Positions 46,033 to 55,114 of a DNA stretch of 64,000 nucleotides are shown here, piece after piece. The stretch is from positions 62,001 to 126,000 of IMG/VR virus record IMGVR_UViG_3300031576_000002, one strand, 5' to 3'. Below the pieces are notes generated by a model, which worked only from the letters and a program-made list of their open reading frames with translations, ran no database searches and was not told the origin of the DNA. Made by a program: the position numbers and the translations under genes. The first letter of the stretch is position 1, and every line of letters starts with the position of its first letter.

Positions 46033-46446
46033 CTACACCACTTGCAACCAGTTGACCGTCGTCTGGTCCAGATCCGTCGCGTTGGTCGGCAGGACAAACC
46101 ACGCAAGGGTCGCGAGCTTGACCCAAGGGGCGACAGGCGAACCGTGGGCCTGGATGTTGTTCTTGATGAGGCTGGCATCCAACAAGATGCCGCAGACCCC
46201 CACGTCGTTTGCATCGGTCGAGGGATTGTGCAGCAGGTAGACCAGCACGTCCTTGGGCAGCACCAGGTCAGGAGTGAAGTCAAGTACCTCTTGGGCGAAG
46301 CTGTAGGTCACGAGATCGCCACTGGCATCGGGCTCAATCCAGTCGCCCGCCGAAATGGTCAACTGGAGTGCCCCCGTCTGGGCCACCTGGATGCTGCTGG
46401 ACGAGCCGGAAGCAGCGCCATCGACAAGGTGTTGGACGAGCGCCAT
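46033..46446 (-). CDS. Putative small virion protein
   Basis: GGAGGAG SD; structural-gene codon style. Confidence 0.5.
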   Translation of the reverse strand: MALVQHLVDGAASGSSSSIQVAQTGALQLTISAGDWIEPDASGDLVTYSFAQEVLDFTPDLVLPKDVLVYLLHNPSTDANDVGVCGILLDASLIKNNIQAHGSPVAPWVKLATLAWFVLPTNATDLDQTTVNWLQVV

Positions 46447-46448
46447 GG

Positions 46449-46706
46449 CTACTCCTCCACCGCCATGATGTCAACCGACTCGACATCGGTCGCGGTACCA
46501 CCAAAATGATACCGGAGTCCCGTCTTGGTCAGGTTCGTGATGCTCCCGGCCTTCGGGTTGTTCCCCGTGATCTTGTCACCCTGGCTGATCTTCGGAACTT
46601 TGGCGAACGCTTTGGAGAACACAACGTCCGCAAATCCCTGGCCCCCTGATGGGTTCTGAACCGTGAACGACTGAAGGTTGACCCCAACGGCATAATGTTT
46701 TGGCAT
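46449..46706 (-). CDS. Small beta protein (H-type lectin-like?)
   Basis: VVFSKAFAKVPKI..ITNLTKTG..IMAVE. Confidence 0.4.
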   Translation of the reverse strand: MPKHYAVGVNLQSFTVQNPSGGQGFADVVFSKAFAKVPKISQGDKITGNNPKAGSITNLTKTGLRYHFGGTATDVESVDIMAVEE

Positions 46707-46708
46707 CG

Positions 46709-47008
46709 TTACACCAGATCCGTATCTATCAGTCCAAAGGCGGTGACCCGCAACTTCCAGAGGGCTCCGTTAGGACTCCGCAAATACAAAGGCTCCTCGG
46801 GGTAAGGGCTCGGATGGGCCGCGATCACGTTGGTAAGGGCGGTCTGCTCTGCTCCAGTCAGCGTGTCCGCCATCACGACGATCCCATTTGGATCAGCGTA
46901 GTCGATCCGCACGACGGAAGGCGCGATCCCAGGGTAGGCATTGATCTCGATGTGGAGCTTACCAGCCCGCACACCGGATTTAGAAAACAGATAGTTGGTT
47001 TCGGGCAT
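46709..47008 (-). CDS. Putative small virion protein
   Basis: LRSPNGALWKLRV..G motif common in phage fibre proteins. Confidence 0.45.
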   Translation of the reverse strand: MPETNYLFSKSGVRAGKLHIEINAYPGIAPSVVRIDYADPNGIVVMADTLTGAEQTALTNVIAAHPSPYPEEPLYLRSPNGALWKLRVTAFGLIDTDLV

Positions 47009-47009
47009 G

Positions 47010-47834
47010 TTAGTTCACCTTCACGACCGTAAGGGTTCGTTGGTGCGTTGTGCCGGTACCACCCGATACTCTCCACCGGATCTCAATTGCTTGACCCCCC
47101 GTTACACCCGTTACGTAGGCGTGGGTTGCGACTGGATACGGATTGTTGGCCTGTCCTTTGGACGGTCGCTCCGTATGGGCCACCTGGACGCCCCCCACGT
47201 AAATCGAAATCGTGGTGCTCTGGGCACCCGAAGTATTCTCCAGCGTAGTGGTGAACCAGATAAGGTAGCCGCCCGCCCCCGGCGTAAGGGTCATGCCAGA
47301 CAAGAGCCCGTCAGTGGGGGATATTGTGGTGGTGTCGCCCGTGGCCGAAACTTGCGCCGGGGTCCCGATGGTGCCGGCAAGACCGCTAACCGATTTGATC
47401 TTGGCCTGGTTGCTAGCATCAATCTCCAGCGTCACGTTATCGGTCTTGACCGCGAGGAACCCGGCATCTGCTGCCGCAGCTCCAGTACCATCCGAGTTCC
47501 TATCCTTGACGATCCCACCGTACTGTTGCGCGAGTGCCGCGACCGCGACATCCGACGAGATAGTGCCGCCAGACTTCCCAATCCCGTCGCCCGCCGACAG
47601 GTACGTGAGGCCATCAACGTAACTTTTGGAGGTTGCGGCAGGAGCACTGGACGGGGTGGTCGGCACCACGACATCGCCTGATCCGTCCCGCTGCACGATG
47701 TTGCCCGCGGTTGCGGCGGTGCCGAACGCCTTCTCCGCCAAGGCACTCGACTCTGTACCCAGCAACGTCCCGTTGGTACCGGGCGCGTGGTTCTCCGCGT
47801 TACTGATCGCGTGCTGTTTCTTGTGGATCGCCAT
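47010..47834 (-). CDS. Fibre/whisker-like protein
   Basis: AATSKSYVD, AGDGI, BclA-C-like C-terminal domain. Confidence 0.55.
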   Translation of the reverse strand: MAIHKKQHAISNAENHAPGTNGTLLGTESSALAEKAFGTAATAGNIVQRDGSGDVVVPTTPSSAPAATSKSYVDGLTYLSAGDGIGKSGGTISSDVAVAALAQQYGGIVKDRNSDGTGAAAADAGFLAVKTDNVTLEIDASNQAKIKSVSGLAGTIGTPAQVSATGDTTTISPTDGLLSGMTLTPGAGGYLIWFTTTLENTSGAQSTTISIYVGGVQVAHTERPSKGQANNPYPVATHAYVTGVTGGQAIEIRWRVSGGTGTTHQRTLTVVKVN

Positions 47835-47836
47835 TT

Positions 47837-49045
47837 TCAGCTATCCATCTCGACCAACGCGAAGTCGTCGATTGTGCCGGCCGCAACACTGCGGCGGAAC
47901 GCCAAGTACGTGGAATCGGTCGCGCCCTTCTTGAAGAAAGCCCATTGGTTCACAGCCGTCAGTTGGTCCAGCTCTCCCGTGAAGACGGGATCTGCCCCTG
48001 CGTAGCTGAAGGCCCCCTGGAACAGCACAGCGTTCGACCCCGCCTTGAGCCGAAGCTGATTTGAAGGATCGACCTCCAGGGTTGTGTTGTCGGTCTTGAC
48101 CGCAAGAAATCCTGCATCGGCCGCTGCCACGCCTGTACCGGCAGAATTCCGATCCTTGACAACGCCACCGTACTGCTGCGCAAGAATGGCGGTCGCGACG
48201 TCAGCAGCCAGGGGAGTACCAGAGCCTCCCCCGAGTCCATCGCCGGCTGCTCCTGCGGCAATCCGGACCTGATTGGACCCGTCAATCTCTAGTGTTAAAA
48301 AATCGGTCTTGGCCGCAGCGTACCCCAGGTCTGCTCCCGCGATCCCAGATCCATCGGCAGTGCGACGAACATCAAGACCGCCGTACTGTTGTGGCGCCGC
48401 CGCTACCGCAGGGGCTACCCGTAGGACGTTGACGGCTTTGTCGAGACCGTCACCTGCTTCAAGCTGCGCCGCAGTAAAAGGACTCCACGGCAAAGGATCG
48501 GTATCAACAATATCGGTGCCGAAGGGTGCAGTACATACCCACGAGGTATTGATATTGACTGTACCTTCCAACACCGAGATGATAAACACGCCGCTGGCCG
48601 AATTCCCCGTCACCAAATCGGAGGAACGGACAGGAGCGCCCGCGAGCTGGACGTCGTATACCCCATTCTGGGTCGCGGACACTTGGTTCTTGATTAGGAT
48701 GCGGTCCCCCGTCACGAGCAATACGCCGTCAATCGTGTCGCCATTCTCAAAATCGGTCGCGAGGGTACCGGCCACCACGGTGGCGGCCCGGGCAGCTTCG
48801 TGGGGTTGCAGCCCTGAAGCCGCGGCATCAACGTACGCCTTGGACGCCGCATCATTCGATTCGAAGGGAACCAGCGGAACATTGATCTGATCGCCGTCTC
48901 GTTGAACCAGAGCATCCGACGTCACCATAGGGCTAAACACAATCTCGGCGAGCAATCCTCCACTATCCGTCCCGATAACCGTCTCGGCGGTCCCGGGGTC
49001 GTGGTCTCCGGTGGAGGCCAGCTCGTGGTTTTGCCGGTGGCTCAT
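47837..49045 (-). CDS. Fibre/head-decoration-like protein
   Basis: AASKAYVD..TIDGVLLVTGDRILIKNQ..NGVY domain; AGDGL repeats; ATGA-coupled start. Confidence 0.65.
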   Translation of the reverse strand: MSHRQNHELASTGDHDPGTAETVIGTDSGGLLAEIVFSPMVTSDALVQRDGDQINVPLVPFESNDAASKAYVDAAASGLQPHEAARAATVVAGTLATDFENGDTIDGVLLVTGDRILIKNQVSATQNGVYDVQLAGAPVRSSDLVTGNSASGVFIISVLEGTVNINTSWVCTAPFGTDIVDTDPLPWSPFTAAQLEAGDGLDKAVNVLRVAPAVAAAPQQYGGLDVRRTADGSGIAGADLGYAAAKTDFLTLEIDGSNQVRIAAGAAGDGLGGGSGTPLAADVATAILAQQYGGVVKDRNSAGTGVAAADAGFLAVKTDNTTLEVDPSNQLRLKAGSNAVLFQGAFSYAGADPVFTGELDQLTAVNQWAFFKKGATDSTYLAFRRSVAAGTIDDFALVEMDS

Positions 49046-49713
49046 GGGGGCGTCGTCAGTTCCACGGCATACAGCGTACCGCTCACGTTCAAGACCTGGA
49101 ACGAGGTCAAGTTGACGGTGTCGAACCAAAAGCCCCATGTACTCGTGGGGATCTGGACTGTCGCGGGGGCCGCGGGCTGAGAGAAAATCCCGCGGTACGC
49201 ATGGGCCACGCTGGCGGCAACGTGTGCATCGAGCGTTGCGCCATCGACCGAAACATCGCGCCCGTCGAAAGTTCCGGGAGTCGTGAAGTTTCCGAGATCG
49301 TCAAGAATCGCGAGACTGTTCTGGATGATTTTTCCAGTAATTCCGTCAAACCGAGTAACGGCGTTGTCGGTCGAAACCGCAGGGCCGTCAACATCGCCCA
49401 GTGCCCCCGCATTGATATTTGAAAATGCTTCTTCGGCATCACTCGGATTCCCGATATTGGGGTAGCTGCCTTCTACGATTACGTTCGAGGCTGTAATCTG
49501 CCCAGAAGAGATAAGAGTTAGGGCTTCAATCACATCCCGGATTTCAACGCCCCGTGCTCGCGGCTCCTTAGCAATTCCCTCTTCCCGTAAAAGCTTGTCA
49601 AGAAGATAAGGATTAGGAGCACCCGGTTGCTCACGACCTCGAACAAATACGCCCGTGCCGTAACCACCGACAATTCGCCGAAAGAAATCTGATACGACAG
49701 AAATAGCTGCCAT
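49042..49713 (-). CDS. Fibre-like virion protein
   Basis: GDVDGP..STDNAV.RFDG.TGKIIQNS and DGRDVSVDG motifs. Confidence 0.6.
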   Translation of the reverse strand: MAAISVVSDFFRRIVGGYGTGVFVRGREQPGAPNPYLLDKLLREEGIAKEPRARGVEIRDVIEALTLISSGQITASNVIVEGSYPNIGNPSDAEEAFSNINAGALGDVDGPAVSTDNAVTRFDGITGKIIQNSLAILDDLGNFTTPGTFDGRDVSVDGATLDAHVAASVAHAYRGIFSQPAAPATVQIPTSTWGFWFDTVNLTSFQVLNVSGTLYAVELTTPP

Positions 49714-49723
49714 GGTAGTTGGC

Positions 49724-50230
49724 TTAGTTCACGCCAGTCCGTGAAGACGTACCATTCGGTTTCAGACCCAGCAACGCTTCAACTTTGCCCTTGTCTCGTA
49801 GAACTTGTTCAAGAGCCCGCTTGAGCACTAAAACTTCTTGAAGGTGTGAGTCAATCTTTTGCTGACGCTCTTGAATATCACTCACAGCATGCTCGATCCT
49901 ATCAATTCCTTCTTTTGTTGCACGAGCAATGGCGAGAGAGTCTCCTTCTTTGAAGACGCCGGCTAGAGCTTCGAGCCTCCCCATTCGCCCTGCTAGTTGA
50001 TCTATGTCTTGCTGTAGCAACGCCAAGTGTTGAGCCGCGTCAACCACTTTCGGGGACTCTAGCGACACAAGCGCATTTCGCCGTTTCGGTGGCGCGCTTT
50101 GGGGCTTAGGAGCATCTTCGGTGGGTACGACCTCTAAGCCTTTAGAAACTGGTCCCACCTGCTCATTGCCGCGCACGAATACTCCTGTCCCGCGCCTGCG
50201 GACAAGCAAACGACCGGCGTAAACGGGCAT
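49724..50230 (-). CDS. Coiled-coil protein with GTGVFVRG motif
   Basis: Translated ORF. Confidence 0.5.
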   Translation of the reverse strand: MPVYAGRLLVRRRGTGVFVRGNEQVGPVSKGLEVVPTEDAPKPQSAPPKRRNALVSLESPKVVDAAQHLALLQQDIDQLAGRMGRLEALAGVFKEGDSLAIARATKEGIDRIEHAVSDIQERQQKIDSHLQEVLVLKRALEQVLRDKGKVEALLGLKPNGTSSRTGVN

Positions 50231-50288
50231 GTTACAAGTCTAGCCGGGCACCGTCGCCCGGTAGCAGCGCGTGTTGTCAGACCGACAG

Positions 50289-50588
50289 CTAGCCGCCAAA
50301 GACCGACTTCTTGATCGCGCCAATGATTCCGTCGAACCGAGCAAACTGCGAATTGGGGTAGGTCATCCGAAGATGGCTGAGAACGTCGAATCCCGCTTTC
50401 GGATTTTCAGGATTGGGGTTCCTGAAAAAAACCTCGAAGGCTCGGCCGTCTTTCCGCGCAGATGCCATCTCCATACCGGAGATAATGAGAAACGCGGCAA
50501 GGCCCAGGTCGCCAACCTTGTAGAAACCTTCCGGCGTAGGGCCAAAGTTCATAGGCCGGAACTCGTGGATAGTCGCAGTCGCGGGCAT
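50289..50588 (-). CDS. DUF5659-like protein
   Basis: DLGLAAFL..G..FEVFF. Confidence 0.45.
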   Translation of the reverse strand: MPATATIHEFRPMNFGPTPEGFYKVGDLGLAAFLIISGMEMASARKDGRAFEVFFRNPNPENPKAGFDVLSHLRMTYPNSQFARFDGIIGAIKKSVFGG

Positions 50589-50589
50589 G

Positions 50590-50820
50590 TCAGCCTACTT
50601 TCAAAATGCGAATCGCACGCTGGAGAGAACTCTGCCGCGGACGCAGAACTCCTTCTGCTACATCTGCCGCTTCATCGGTTCCGGTAGCGCCCGTGTTCAA
50701 CTCGTGCGCCGTGTTGGAGGCTACTTGGTAGCTCTCGTCCTGTATGACGCGCTTGCCGGTCTGGGTGTCCACTACATCCCAGTTTCCGTCTGCCGTGGGC
50801 TTGGTTTGGTATCGCATCAT
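50590..50820 (-). CDS. Hypothetical protein
   Basis: Coupled ORF; C-terminal LQRAIRILK. Confidence 0.5.
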   Translation of the reverse strand: MMRYQTKPTADGNWDVVDTQTGKRVIQDESYQVASNTAHELNTGATGTDEAADVAEGVLRPRQSSLQRAIRILKVG

Positions 50821-51374
50821 GCCGCCAGGATCTGCCGAAGCTCGGAGGCAACTTTACGGAGATTCTCGTGAACCTCCTGCATCGTCGCCTTGGCCTGCGG
50901 CAAGATCAGAAGGTGGTAGGACTCGTACAGCTTGAAGCCGAGGTCGGGAACGCGGGCGTTAACGTAGGTTACCAGGTACTCCTCATCCGCGTCGTCAACG
51001 CCTTCCAGCCTCAAAACCCGCACGTATTCGCTTGGAGTACACCCAAGCTTGAAGTACCAGTGCTTGTCGTTAGGCTCGGCAGCATGCTCCTCCGCAATCT
51101 TCTGGAGGTAGGCCGCGAACGACTTGGGCTTGGCCTGAGCCGTCTTTTCGAACGACGTCCCAGGCCAGACCCAAAATAGAAAACGGTGAAGAGCCGCTGC
51201 GAAGTTCAGCGGGTCTTTCATCTTGACGGCTTCGGCGTACTTCATGACTTCCTGCAAGTCGCCATCCGAAGCACGCCAAAATTCTTCCCACTGGTTCCGA
51301 TTCGCCTCGGAAAACTGATACTGCCCGTACGGACGCCAACGATTTGTCCGGTACCGAGCGGTTAGCTGGGGCAT
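50817..51374 (-). CDS. Hypothetical protein
   Basis: GGAGG SD. Confidence 0.55.
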   Translation of the reverse strand: MPQLTARYRTNRWRPYGQYQFSEANRNQWEEFWRASDGDLQEVMKYAEAVKMKDPLNFAAALHRFLFWVWPGTSFEKTAQAKPKSFAAYLQKIAEEHAAEPNDKHWYFKLGCTPSEYVRVLRLEGVDDADEEYLVTYVNARVPDLGFKLYESYHLLILPQAKATMQEVHENLRKVASELRQILAA

Positions 51375-51404
51375 GGCGTAGCGCCTCCGTGCAGAAGTAG
51401 GAGG

Positions 51405-52178
51405 CTATTCTCCGTCTTCCATGTGACGCCGCATCGCCTTCTCTTTCGCTCGTTCCAGAGCGCTCTCGAATCCGGCAGAGCCAGGAACTGCGCTCACCGA
51501 AATCTCATCTTCCTCGACTGAGCGCTTCCGCGGCCGGCGAACCGGCTCCTCGGCTTCGTCAGGACGGACGATTCGGGGCTTCGTCTGGAGCGGGGGAGGG
51601 GCCTCACCCGAGCGCGTGTTCAGCACTTCCTGCGCCCACTCGCAAACTTCAAAGTTACGAGCGGCCGAGTGGAGGTACTCCAAGTCGCTATCAGTGAAAC
51701 CGCTCTCCATGGGCAACAGCATGTTGAGTGCCGCCTCCGCGGTCAAGCGCCGATCGTGCAGCTCCTCGACCACATGCAGGACGCGCGGATTGACGAAGTC
51801 CTCCAGCGAGCCGGATTCGTACTTCACCTTGAGACGGGGATCGGCGGTACGTGCCCGCAGGGAAAGCTCGGCGATCTTGTTCTTGACGGCATCCACCCGT
51901 TCGGGATGCTTTGCCAGGTGGCTCCGCGCCTCCTCGGGCTCCCACAGCTTGAGAATTCCGCGACCGATTGCGACACGCAGATCCTGACAGTCGCGAAGCT
52001 GCCGGTTATCCAGCAGTGCGGTCAGGTTGATCGGATCGTGCCCAATCGGCAGGGGCGGAATCTTGAGATCCTTGTTGGGATGGTTCAGTACGAACACTCC
52101 CGGCGGCTGCCCCTTGATCCCGGGGAAGCTGACGTAGATTTCCTCGTTCGAGCTGAATACTTCGTGCAGCGTTGTCAT
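51405..52178 (-). CDS. Hypothetical head-module protein
   Basis: AAGGAG SD; downstream of the major capsid gene. Confidence 0.55.
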   Translation of the reverse strand: MTTLHEVFSSNEEIYVSFPGIKGQPPGVFVLNHPNKDLKIPPLPIGHDPINLTALLDNRQLRDCQDLRVAIGRGILKLWEPEEARSHLAKHPERVDAVKNKIAELSLRARTADPRLKVKYESGSLEDFVNPRVLHVVEELHDRRLTAEAALNMLLPMESGFTDSDLEYLHSAARNFEVCEWAQEVLNTRSGEAPPPLQTKPRIVRPDEAEEPVRRPRKRSVEEDEISVSAVPGSAGFESALERAKEKAMRRHMEDGE

Positions 52179-52190
52179 GACGTTTCTCCT

Positions 52191-52595
52191 TTAGTCCTCG
52201 TCCATGGGTTCTGCTTCGTCCCGTTCATCCAAGTGGCGGTCCACGAAATGTACTAGCTGGTGGATCGGCACAAGGCCCCTTACGACTTTCACGTCCTTGC
52301 CTGTCATCAGTACCGCGCCTAGATCCAGCTTCTCTCCATCGGGCGCCCAGATCCTTCCGGAAACCTGGTAGCCCTCCGACGTCTTGCCCTCGTCTACGGA
52401 GAGCCGGAATCCCTCTCCGTACAACTCGTCGATGATGTCGAAAAGTTCTTCCGCGAAGGGCGGAAAGAAGTGGACGCCGCGAAAGACGGCGTCCTCTCTC
52501 CGCATCCGGATCGTGTCAGAAACAAGCCGCGAAAGGGGGTATTCGTCACCCCCCTGCGCGGCCAGTTCCCATTCTACAAGCGGGTCCACGCCCAC
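52191..52595 (-). CDS. Hypothetical protein
   Basis: ORF in the head operon. Confidence 0.5.
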   Translation of the reverse strand: MGVDPLVEWELAAQGGDEYPLSRLVSDTIRMRREDAVFRGVHFFPPFAEELFDIIDELYGEGFRLSVDEGKTSEGYQVSGRIWAPDGEKLDLGAVLMTGKDVKVVRGLVPIHQLVHFVDRHLDERDEAEPMDED

Positions 52596-52602
52596 CCGCA
52601 GT

Positions 52603-53049
52603 TCAGCTCAGAAAGCGGTCGAGCGCCAGATGCCGTGCCTTCTTGACATCGCGCTCGCTGAAACCCAGACGAGCCATCCGGGCCTCTCGCAGACTTGCAC
52701 TCTTGTTGCCCTTGCCGATGTCGGGCATGCCCTTCTCGCGCCGATGCTCCTTGTAGGAAGCGTCGGCGTCGCCCTTGTCCCAGCCCTCCAGCGGCCGGCG
52801 GCGAGCCACAGGACGACGCTCTGCTGCCTTGCGGCTGCTCTTGCGCGACTCCATGCGCTCGAACGCGGCGTCGATCTTCACCAGCTCTTCACGCACCTTG
52901 TCCTCGGCTTCGGGGCCAAAGACGTAGAGCGCCTCGTGACATTCATCCACGCGATCCGCGAGCCCTCGGTAGCCGCTCTTCTCGATCTCCAGCGCGGCGC
53001 GATCCAGCTCGTCGAGCGCGTCCTCCCTTGCCTTTCTCGACAGTGCCAT
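52603..53049 (-). CDS. Putative prohead core/internal protein
   Basis: ELDRAALEIEKSG..LADRVD helix; LREARMxRL shared with the scaffold. Confidence 0.5.
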   Translation of the reverse strand: MALSRKAREDALDELDRAALEIEKSGYRGLADRVDECHEALYVFGPEAEDKVREELVKIDAAFERMESRKSSRKAAERRPVARRRPLEGWDKGDADASYKEHRREKGMPDIGKGNKSASLREARMARLGFSERDVKKARHLALDRFLS

Positions 53050-53071
53050 TTTTTTCTCCCTTTGCTCGGAA

Positions 53072-53105
53072 AGGAGGGGCCTTGCGACCCCTCCTCCGTT
53101 TTTTT
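53072..53105. terminator. Intrinsic terminator-like hairpin after the major capsid gene
   Basis: Minus strand AGGAGGGGTC-GCAA-GGCCCCTCCT followed by a short T run; T7 run on the plus strand. Confidence 0.6.
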
Positions 53106-53115
53106 CGCGCTGCGC

Positions 53116-54297
53116 TTAGGTCGTCTTGAGACCCTTCGACACGCCGGCCTTGGTAATGATGAGTTCGTCGATCAGCTCCCACCAGAACCAGCCCCGCACC
53201 GGCTTGCCGGCCTGGAACTGATTCGTCGGCTCGCTGAACAACTCGACCCACACCGGGAAGCCGCCGAGGTACTCAGGAGCGGTCACGCAGAAGATTTCAC
53301 CAGGACGGATGACCTCGAAGTCGTTCGGACGGCGACCGGCCGAAACGATCACGGGGACGCTGAGGATCATCCCGATGAAGCCTGCCATGACCAGCTCGCG
53401 CTGCGTCACGTTGTCCACTTCCTGGCTCATCACCGTCACGAAGTCGGAAATCTCGCGGCGGTTGACCAGAAACTTGTCGGCCACGAGCCGATTCTTCTCC
53501 ACCTGGTAGCGAATCGCTTCCATGGTGGCGAGGTTGGCGGTGGCAAAGAACACGAGGTCGTTCACCGCAGTTGCTGCGGCGTCGAGCCGGCTACGCAGGA
53601 TGCTGTCCTCCTGCTTCTCGATCGCCTGCCGAGCACGATCCTGGATGCGGCTCAGGATGTCGTAGCCCGCCTGGTACACGTCAGCCAGGTTGATGGTCGG
53701 GTACGCGGACACCACACGCGGGACCGGGAACACGTACCGGCCACCCAGACGGGTTTCCGGGGTCTGTGCGTCCACGCCCACATCGAACGCCGTCGCGAAA
53801 ACGTCCTTGTCGTACCGGACGGTTTCGCCCTGCCTCACCAATCTCACGGGCAGGATCCGACGGCTGAACCCGTCGTAGTCGAGCGTCTCCTTGACGGGAT
53901 TGACGAGCTGCTGGCCAAGAATTTCGAACGCCTCTCCGCGGGGATTCGCCAGCGCCTCGCGGATCATTCCTTCCTCTTCCGCAGCCGTGACGTTGATGCC
54001 TGCGCTTGCGGTGCGATCCCAGGTCGGGACAGCATCGACCTCGCCCTCCGCCATGCTGTCGATCACATGCTTGATCTGGAACAGGACGTCGCGCTGGTCG
54101 TAGGCGTTGATCTCACCCTGACGGTCGAAGACCATCTCCCGCGAACGCTGCTTGGTACCAGCGCGGGTCAGACCGCCGAAAGCGGGAAGGTTGGCGGGCT
54201 CGCCAGTGCGGCGATCCCGGTAGGTCAGACCGGCAGGCGCGAGCGGCTTCTTGCCCCCCGTGGCTGCGGCGCCCAGTTGAAGATACGGGTTAGACAT
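53116..54297 (-). CDS. Major capsid protein (HK97-like)
   Basis: About 393 aa; AAGGAG SD; NPVKETLDYDGFSRRIL..YDKD..ARQAIEKQED motifs; strong codon bias; follows protease, scaffold and decoration genes. Confidence 0.85.
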   Translation of the reverse strand: MSNPYLQLGAAATGGKKPLAPAGLTYRDRRTGEPANLPAFGGLTRAGTKQRSREMVFDRQGEINAYDQRDVLFQIKHVIDSMAEGEVDAVPTWDRTASAGINVTAAEEEGMIREALANPRGEAFEILGQQLVNPVKETLDYDGFSRRILPVRLVRQGETVRYDKDVFATAFDVGVDAQTPETRLGGRYVFPVPRVVSAYPTINLADVYQAGYDILSRIQDRARQAIEKQEDSILRSRLDAAATAVNDLVFFATANLATMEAIRYQVEKNRLVADKFLVNRREISDFVTVMSQEVDNVTQRELVMAGFIGMILSVPVIVSAGRRPNDFEVIRPGEIFCVTAPEYLGGFPVWVELFSEPTNQFQAGKPVRGWFWWELIDELIITKAGVSKGLKTT

Positions 54298-54365
54298 TTT
54301 CATCTCCTTTTGGAAGGGGCGGAGGAATTTCCTCCTCCACTCCGGATTTCAGTTCGTCTTTGTCA

Positions 54366-55088
54366 TCAGGCCGGGAGCAGAGTCCCGAACTCGACCTCCA
54401 GCATCTCGTTGGACGCATTCGGCGGAGTAATCACTCGGCCGAACACTCGCGTTCCCACCACTGTCGTCACGCGCCCCACCGCGTTCACGTACAGGGCATC
54501 GTTGACTGCGTAGTCCTGCGCGGTGTCGTACATCGACGTGTAGACCTGAGTGTCCGCCTGAAGGACGGTCGCCAGGCCGTTGCCTAGGGTGTCGTCAGGC
54601 TGCCGATCGTAGTTGATGCCCAGGGTCAGCAGCTCGGCCACGGTGATGTTGCGCCGGTAGCGAATCGTGATCGTTCCGCCAGCAGGAATCGGGTTCGCGC
54701 CCGCGCCGGTACGGGTGATCCCGCCGCCCGCCGTCAGGGTGTACTCGCCCGTCGCGACCGAGATGTCGGTACCGTCCTCCAGCTCGCCGAAATCCGAGCC
54801 GGCCTCGACCGAGGTGCCGCGAAGCTGGATCGGACCGTTGGTCGGAGCGCCGGTACCATCGACGAACGTGATGGTCTCGATCTCGACCTTGGTAACGGTT
54901 GTGGTCTTGTCACCCCAGAACATTCCGATCGGGGTCTCGGCCGTTCCGCCGGTCGCCAGAGTCACGATGGTAGCGCCCGAGCTGTCCGAGGTAAGAGCTG
55001 CGATGTTGCCCGCCTCCCAGTTCGCACTGGGATCAGCGGTGTAAGAGCGCCGCTTGTCGATGAAGAGCTGCGACTTGTCGATAGCCAT
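54366..55088 (-). CDS. Capsid decoration/cement protein
   Basis: DDTLGNG..TSMYDT..YAVNDALYV..G; lies between scaffold and capsid. Confidence 0.65.
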   Translation of the reverse strand: MAIDKSQLFIDKRRSYTADPSANWEAGNIAALTSDSSGATIVTLATGGTAETPIGMFWGDKTTTVTKVEIETITFVDGTGAPTNGPIQLRGTSVEAGSDFGELEDGTDISVATGEYTLTAGGGITRTGAGANPIPAGGTITIRYRRNITVAELLTLGINYDRQPDDTLGNGLATVLQADTQVYTSMYDTAQDYAVNDALYVNAVGRVTTVVGTRVFGRVITPPNASNEMLEVEFGTLLPA

Positions 55089-55114
55089 TGGAAGTTCTCC
55101 TTGATGCCAGTGCC

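Noticed and set aside
52384-54513. 709-aa plus-strand ORF
   Set aside because: Antisense shadow of the codon-biased major capsid gene and its neighbours; no SD or recognisable motifs
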